From Eledone cirrhosa (taxonomy: Eukaryota), in the NCBI GenBank assembly GCA_964016885.1, contig OZ024740.1, forward strand, positions 343,232,001-343,296,000: a stretch of DNA of 64,000 nt, written 5' to 3'. The translations under genes and the position numbers were made by a program. Under the pieces are notes generated by a model that saw only the letters and a list, made by a program, of their open reading frames with translations, had not been told where the DNA came from and searched no databases. Shown one piece after another: positions 57,245 to 64,000 of this stretch (the first letter of the stretch is position 1; each line of letters starts with the position of its first letter).

Positions 57245-59037
57245 GAATTAGTTTTGCGAGGTTTTTGATATGAAATCGTGTGTCGAAACAAATATTGTTA
57301 TACTTGGGGAGGGTCATATTTGTGTAATATTGCCAGAATTAATAACAGAACACATTCACTGTTTGGTTGGTTTTCGCTTTTCGCTTCTGTGTCTTTTATA
57401 TCGGTAATCTAATTTATTCGGTCCTCAATGTTGCCATTGACTGACCAACGGTCAAAAATAATACAGATACAATATAGACACAAACACATATATATAGTTT
57501 ATCAAAGTTCTTTTGTTGCACATCTGCAACATCGTCAGTGGTGCTATTGTTTCCTCCCGTAACATTGTATTTTCTACGCCATCTTTATTTAGTCTGTTTA
57601 TATATTTATTTATTTGTTTATTTTATTTTGTCTTCTTTGCGCATGCGTTTGCGTGTGTGTATAGTGTTTTGTTTGATGTGTGTTCGTGATTGGGTGACTG
57701 TGTATTGGTTAATGTATTCTATCTTTACTAGTGTGTGTTTATATGTGTTTGTTGTTATTGTGCTTGTGTATGTATTTATTTATTTATTTATTTATCTATT
57801 TATTTATTTATACTTCTCTTAGGTCAGTGCTGTTTGTTTGGGTGTTGTTGTTATTCCATTCATTCTTTCTGTTTAGCCTTGGCCTTCTAAGTTCTATTTC
57901 ACTGGCCTCTCTGATTTACCTATCTGCTGGGTCATTTCTATGTTTAGATATTATTCTAATTTCTATGTTGTCTATGTTACCGTCGTGTTGTTGTCTGGCA
58001 TGTTCGTATAGTACTGAACCGTTTTTTCGTCCTTTTAGTTCCCCCCAGTGTTGGTCTATCCTTTCACCTATGCTACGAGCTGTCTCGCCTATGTATGTTG
58101 TTGTCATGTTTCTGCAAGTACCCTCTGTACATCTTATGCTATAGACTACGTTTCTAGTTTTACAGTTTATCCGGGGGTTTACCTTACATATGATACATTT
58201 CCTATTAGTACAGTGGGTTTTCTTAAAAGGGTAGGTTTTGCTGATCAGGGATTTTATGGTGGTTCCTGGCTTTTCTACCACCTTAATCTTTAAGTGGGTC
58301 TTTCTCATGGCCTTTCTACACTGGTTAGCTAATTTTTCTCCAGGGGTAGCGTCCACAAACATGACACTCTGGTATCTCTGGTTGTCGTACCATGAGGTGG
58401 CTTTCCCTATTTTATGTCTAGCCCTATCTAAGCTATTCCATGATTTTCTCCTGTATAATGGGAAAATTCCTTTCATGTCCAGTTCTATGAGGGTATTATA
58501 CTTCTCCATGGCTCCTTCGTATACTCTGACTCTGTCTCTTTGGTTGTAGCCAGAGAACTGCATGCGGTTGATGAAGTGTTGGATGTGTCTTTCCATTTCT
58601 GTTGGGTCGCACATGCGGGACACATTCTTCATCACTCGTACCAAATCTGCGATCAGAATATTAAACTTAGCACTACTGGACATTGCTGAGATTTTGAGTA
58701 TCAGGTATTTGAAGGCCATGGGTTTAGCATAGTGTGAGTGGAGAATTTGGGTTATCTCGTCTACAGTGTTAATCCAGAGTTCCGTGTCTAATACAGGTAC
58801 TCTATTGTTAGGGTGTTTGGAAGGGTAGTCGATAGTTACAGTTATACTCTGGTGTATGGAATTAGCTATCTGCTGGATGCTTTCTATTGTGCTACGTTCT
58901 AAATCAAACTTGTTAGTACTCTCTAGTGGGGATGTTCTTATAACTATATTGATATCGTCTACGTAACGAGAGTAAATGATGAGTTCTATGGAGCTCTCAT
59001 TAAGGAGATCTTTAAGTCTCCTTTCCCACCATACCAT
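57245..59037 (-). mobile_element. Penelope-like element, 5'-truncated, single orientation
   Basis: RT/GIY-YIG coding plus 3' region near-identical to 12235-14045; decayed hammerhead at 57501-57542 (GAAA to AAAA). Confidence 0.95.
57916..59037 (-). pseudogene. PLE reverse transcriptase (C-terminal half) plus GIY-YIG, with premature stop
   Basis: YSRYVDDI, VPVLD, FSGY, NVVYSIRC, YIGETARS; CAA to TAA after DPADR relative to the 12756 copy. Confidence 0.92.
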
Positions 59038-59184
<147 letters not shown>

Positions 59185-59412
59185 AAAAAAAGCATTTTGT
59201 ATTTCAGTACCGAATGAGTAAGCGTCACTGTTGATGAATTAACAATCCTGAAATATATCTATTTGGCGTTTTCTGAATATTACTGAAGTAGCTGTGAAAC
59301 AATCATAGCTTAAAATAAGCTCACAGATATTATGTTTATTATACATAATATGTATAAACATATTGTATATGTCTCCATATACAACTCTATTCTTAATCAC
59401 GCTGTACACACA

Positions 59413-59516
<104 letters not shown>

Positions 59517-60292
59517 CACAGGCACACACATACACACATATACACACACGCACACACAAACAATAAAACCCATTACAATAAGTGTACTTGTATGACGCTT
59601 AAAAGGAAAGAATAAAAGCATCCTATTTAAATACATATTTGATGTTTGTAAGATCACGCCTACAACTCTGGCAGACATTTTAATAATTTTGTTAAAATTA
59701 TCTCTTTGTTAAAATTATCCCTTTATGATAACTTTAAAATATACCTCTTTCTAAATATTTGATAAATTTGTTGATATCAAACAAATTAATTACAGTTTAG
59801 TTTTCCATTACATAAAAAAAAAATTCATTACAACCCAAATTACTTTTGTATATTACCTTCGAAAATATTGTTTCATCTCCAATATTATCTTATTTCAGTA
59901 TATCTTTACCAAATCCACAAATTAGCAACATCAATATTATTGACATTTCCCTCCATAAAATATCAGCTTTTATATTATCATCCAGTAAATTCTTATAACA
60001 ACTTAGCATCCGTTACTTTCCTTTCCAAATTACAACTATATTTTAATAATTTTATTTAATTTTACAATTTTTTAAAATTTATGATGCCATTCTTTTATAT
60101 GCATTGTAATTTCTTTTCTTATAGTTGCTTCTTTACGTTGTTAACTTGATATATTATACACGATGTATTCTTATATATTTTTCTTTCAGTCTATTATGAA
60201 GAAACCACCTGGTGATTTAACCATATAATATTTAACTTCAATCATACAAATAAGTTAATGAATCTTTATAAATTCACCTTTTAGATAATGAT

Positions 60293-60376
<84 letters not shown>

Positions 60377-60418
60377 TGTCTGTCTATCTGTCTGTCTGTA
60401 TGTCTGTCAGTCTGTCTG

Positions 60419-60506
<88 letters not shown>

Positions 60507-60630
60507 ACGTTATATATACATATATAATTATGTAATACACAACATAAGATAATTGTTTCACGAAGACAGACGAGCTTGACACATACGTCTGCCTTCATTT
60601 CCTTTACCTTTCCTACGGAAATGCTCCAAG

Positions 60631-61201
<571 letters not shown>

Positions 61202-61620
61202 TGCCTCCCTTGCCGAGCCCCACTTGGGTATTGGTAACGGTCAATCCTTGGCCTGGCACTTGAACTAAAACCTGTTGAGAAAGTGACTTCCTTGTTCAAT
61301 CATCTTACCAAAAGCTTAACATTATTTGTCTAATTAATCTCAAATTATTTTCAAAACAGTTCGAATTTAATGTTTCTGTAATACATTAACTTCGTATATA
61401 AGAATCTGAATATGAAACAGTTTGCGAAACCTAAAGAAAATTTGCCCTAAACCGTTATAAAAAGTAAGTTAATGTATTTTTTTCTATCATTTCGAATCAA
61501 CCCCTTTGAGAAATGTTGTTGCTATTGTTGTACTTATTGTTTTGTTTAGTACTAGGTCAAATCTAAACATAATTTTGTTTAAATGCAATGACAAACTAAT
61601 TTTATTATATATATAGAACC

Positions 61621-61814
61621 AAGGGGCGGTGGATTGGCAGTATCGGTAGAGGGTCGGACACCATGTTTTCCAGCATAGTTACGTCCCTTTACGATCTGAG
61701 TTCAAATCCCGCTGAGGTTGACTTTGCCTTTCATCCTTACGGCGTCGATAAAATAAAGTACCAGTCATGCACTGGGTTTTTGCTGGCCTTGTGCCTAAAG
61801 TAGAAACAATTATT
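61621..61814 (+). mobile_element. Main SINE (full length)
   Basis: Match to consensus including ggggcggtggattggcag head. Confidence 0.92.
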
Positions 61815-62104
61815 TGTCTAAGCGGACAGTGCTTGATTTAGGAATCGCAGAAACCCAAATGCTGGATTTTACCAACCATCCAGGGGTCCGGGTACATTTT
61901 TCAATCACATTTTTTTATTTGTTTGACCGGAATTACTTGGTCGTTTCTGTGGCTGTGCTGATAATGGCTTAACCATCGTCTCAGTGTGTTTGGTCTTTTA
62001 ACGTATGTTGTAGCTCTGGTTCGTTAGAATCTATTGAGCGCTTGCCACACATCTCGGAAGTTGTTTTTTGCTAATTTCCAATAGCCGAAATACGATTCTC
62101 GGTA

Positions 62105-62169
<65 letters not shown>

Positions 62170-63036
62170 ATTTATTTATTTATTTATTTTTTTATTTTTT
62201 TACATTCTTATTTTTATGTGTGTGCATGTAAGCGGGTCAACGTGCGTGAGTGTATGTATGTGTGTGTGTGTGTGTGTGTACGTATTGCATGTATGGATGT
62301 GTATGTGTGCGTATGTATATATATATATATATTTATGTGTGTGTATATGTGTGTGTGTATACAGTCGCGTACGTACGTGTGATTAGATATACATGGGGCG
62401 ATGTGTATGTATATATATATGTGCATCCTGTGTGTGTATGTACGCTTGCATACGCTTTTGTCTGCACGTATTGCGTGTATATATATATATATATTTATAG
62501 ATATATGTTTCTTATAGATATATGTGTATGTACGCGTGTACCTTGTTTGTTTTCTTTTCTTTACTTTGCAATTTTTTCTTTCTAAATTATTGTTCCATTT
62601 TTATAAATATATCGGGAATGATATTTTCTTTTTATTATTATACTCCCTTACCTCTTTTTCTTCCGCATATAAGTGTACGCGCGTGTGTGTGTGTTTATAC
62701 GCGTGCCTTCATATTCTTATAATGTATCTAATACCCTTTTTCTGTGTACCTGTCAACCAGACACTCATATCATGTCTGTGTCTGTGGTTACACATACAGA
62801 TATACTTGCCTCATACATATATTTACGCACACATTTTCACTATACACACACATTTGTACATACATACATATGTACATCTGTGAGTGTATATACATACATA
62901 TACACACACCTAACTATATTTCCTTAAACATTTTTTTAATATATTTTATATGTCTATTGTATTACCTTTATCTATATATATATAATTTTTTTTGCATTTC
63001 TTGAGGGGACTTTCCAAATATTTCACTATGTTTTAT

Positions 63037-63114
63037 ATTGCCTCGTCCGACGAACGAATGAAGACGTTGCTTTCGTATTCGTCTTATTCGGGAAACCACT
63101 GGTAATGAGGTAAT
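63037..63114 (+). ncRNA. Type-I hammerhead ribozyme-like motif (U4C core variant)
   Basis: attgcctcgt-CCGACGA-a cgaat.aagacg/cgtcttattcg g-GAAA-CCACTGG-TA-atgaggtaat (10-bp stem I). Confidence 0.8.
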
Positions 63115-63152
63115 TATATTGTATTGTTTTTTATACATTATATATATATATA

Positions 63153-63748
63153 CAATATATTGAAAAGGTAACACACTAGAGAAAGATAGTGCGCCATCAA
63201 TAAAACAGGGAAAAACCACCAGTGTATGGAATCTATAACCTATGAAAGGCAGGGTAGACAGACGATAATTAAAAATGTAAATTAAAGTGTAAATACATAC
63301 CTCTATAACTATATATCACACGAACAAATCCAAAGAGATCTGTTTCGCCAATAAGTTGTTGACAGAAATGAAATAGTCCATGGTTCATCAGCGTGTGTAA
63401 GGCTATACATTTCAGACAACTCTAAGAGAATTTAAAGCGACCGTCCAGCTACACGTGGGAGAGAGAAGTCACAGCGTGTTTAGGGCATTGGATTTGTACG
63501 TGTGTTATATAGTTATAGAGGTATGTATTTACACTTTAATTTATATTTTTAATTATCGTGTGTCTACCCTGCCTTTCATAGGTTATAGATTCCATATACT
63601 GGTGGTTTCCCTGTTTTATTGATGGCGCACTATCTCCCTCTAGTGTGTTACCTTTTCAACAAATTGTATTTCAAAGAGCTTAGGATTCCTTCTCCTTCGA
63701 GCACATTATTGACAGGGAATAGCGAGAGCTATGGCTCCGTTAATTTAT

Positions 63749-63752
<4 letters not shown>
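63153..63752 (+). mobile_element. Fold-back insert, family I (arms ~63160-63315 / 63507-63659, tail to 63752)
   Basis: Inverted arms, (TA)n flanks, second copy at 16447-16633. Confidence 0.88.
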
Positions 63753-63833
<81 letters not shown>

Positions 63834-64000
63834 AACCTAATACTAACACTTTGTACTGCACTTTTTGTTATTGTTTTTGTTTTCTGTTTTAACTTATATA
63901 TATATATATATAAAACTTTTGAGAAGCTGTTACAAGCGAAACTGGTCAAGTACAAAAGTGCACAGACTATTATTCTGTACAAAAACATTTCTTTCGTTGT

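Overview
AT-rich, microsatellite-saturated eukaryotic DNA. The repeat landscape suggests an invertebrate such as an octopus or other cephalopod, but this is inference. I can support no host protein-coding exon; nearly all listed ORFs are (TA)n/(CA)n/(GA)n/(GGT)n read-throughs. Recognisable content is mobile DNA. There are four coding remnants of Penelope-like retroelements (PLEs, RT plus C-terminal GIY-YIG) from two lineages, a decayed Rep/Pif1 Helitron with two non-autonomous relatives, CR1-, RTE- and Tx1-like LINE fragments, a probable hAT remnant, and about 14 copies of one tRNA-derived SINE. The most striking pattern is about 15 short fold-back or partly inverted inserts of otherwise unrelated sequence, mostly embedded in (TA)n tracts. 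Many carry a type-I hammerhead ribozyme with a palindromic stem III followed immediately by AATAAA. Many unrelated families also share a small 3'-tail stem (YACTCH...YGAGTRC) present in only one arm. All structures were read by eye and coordinates of decayed elements are approximate.
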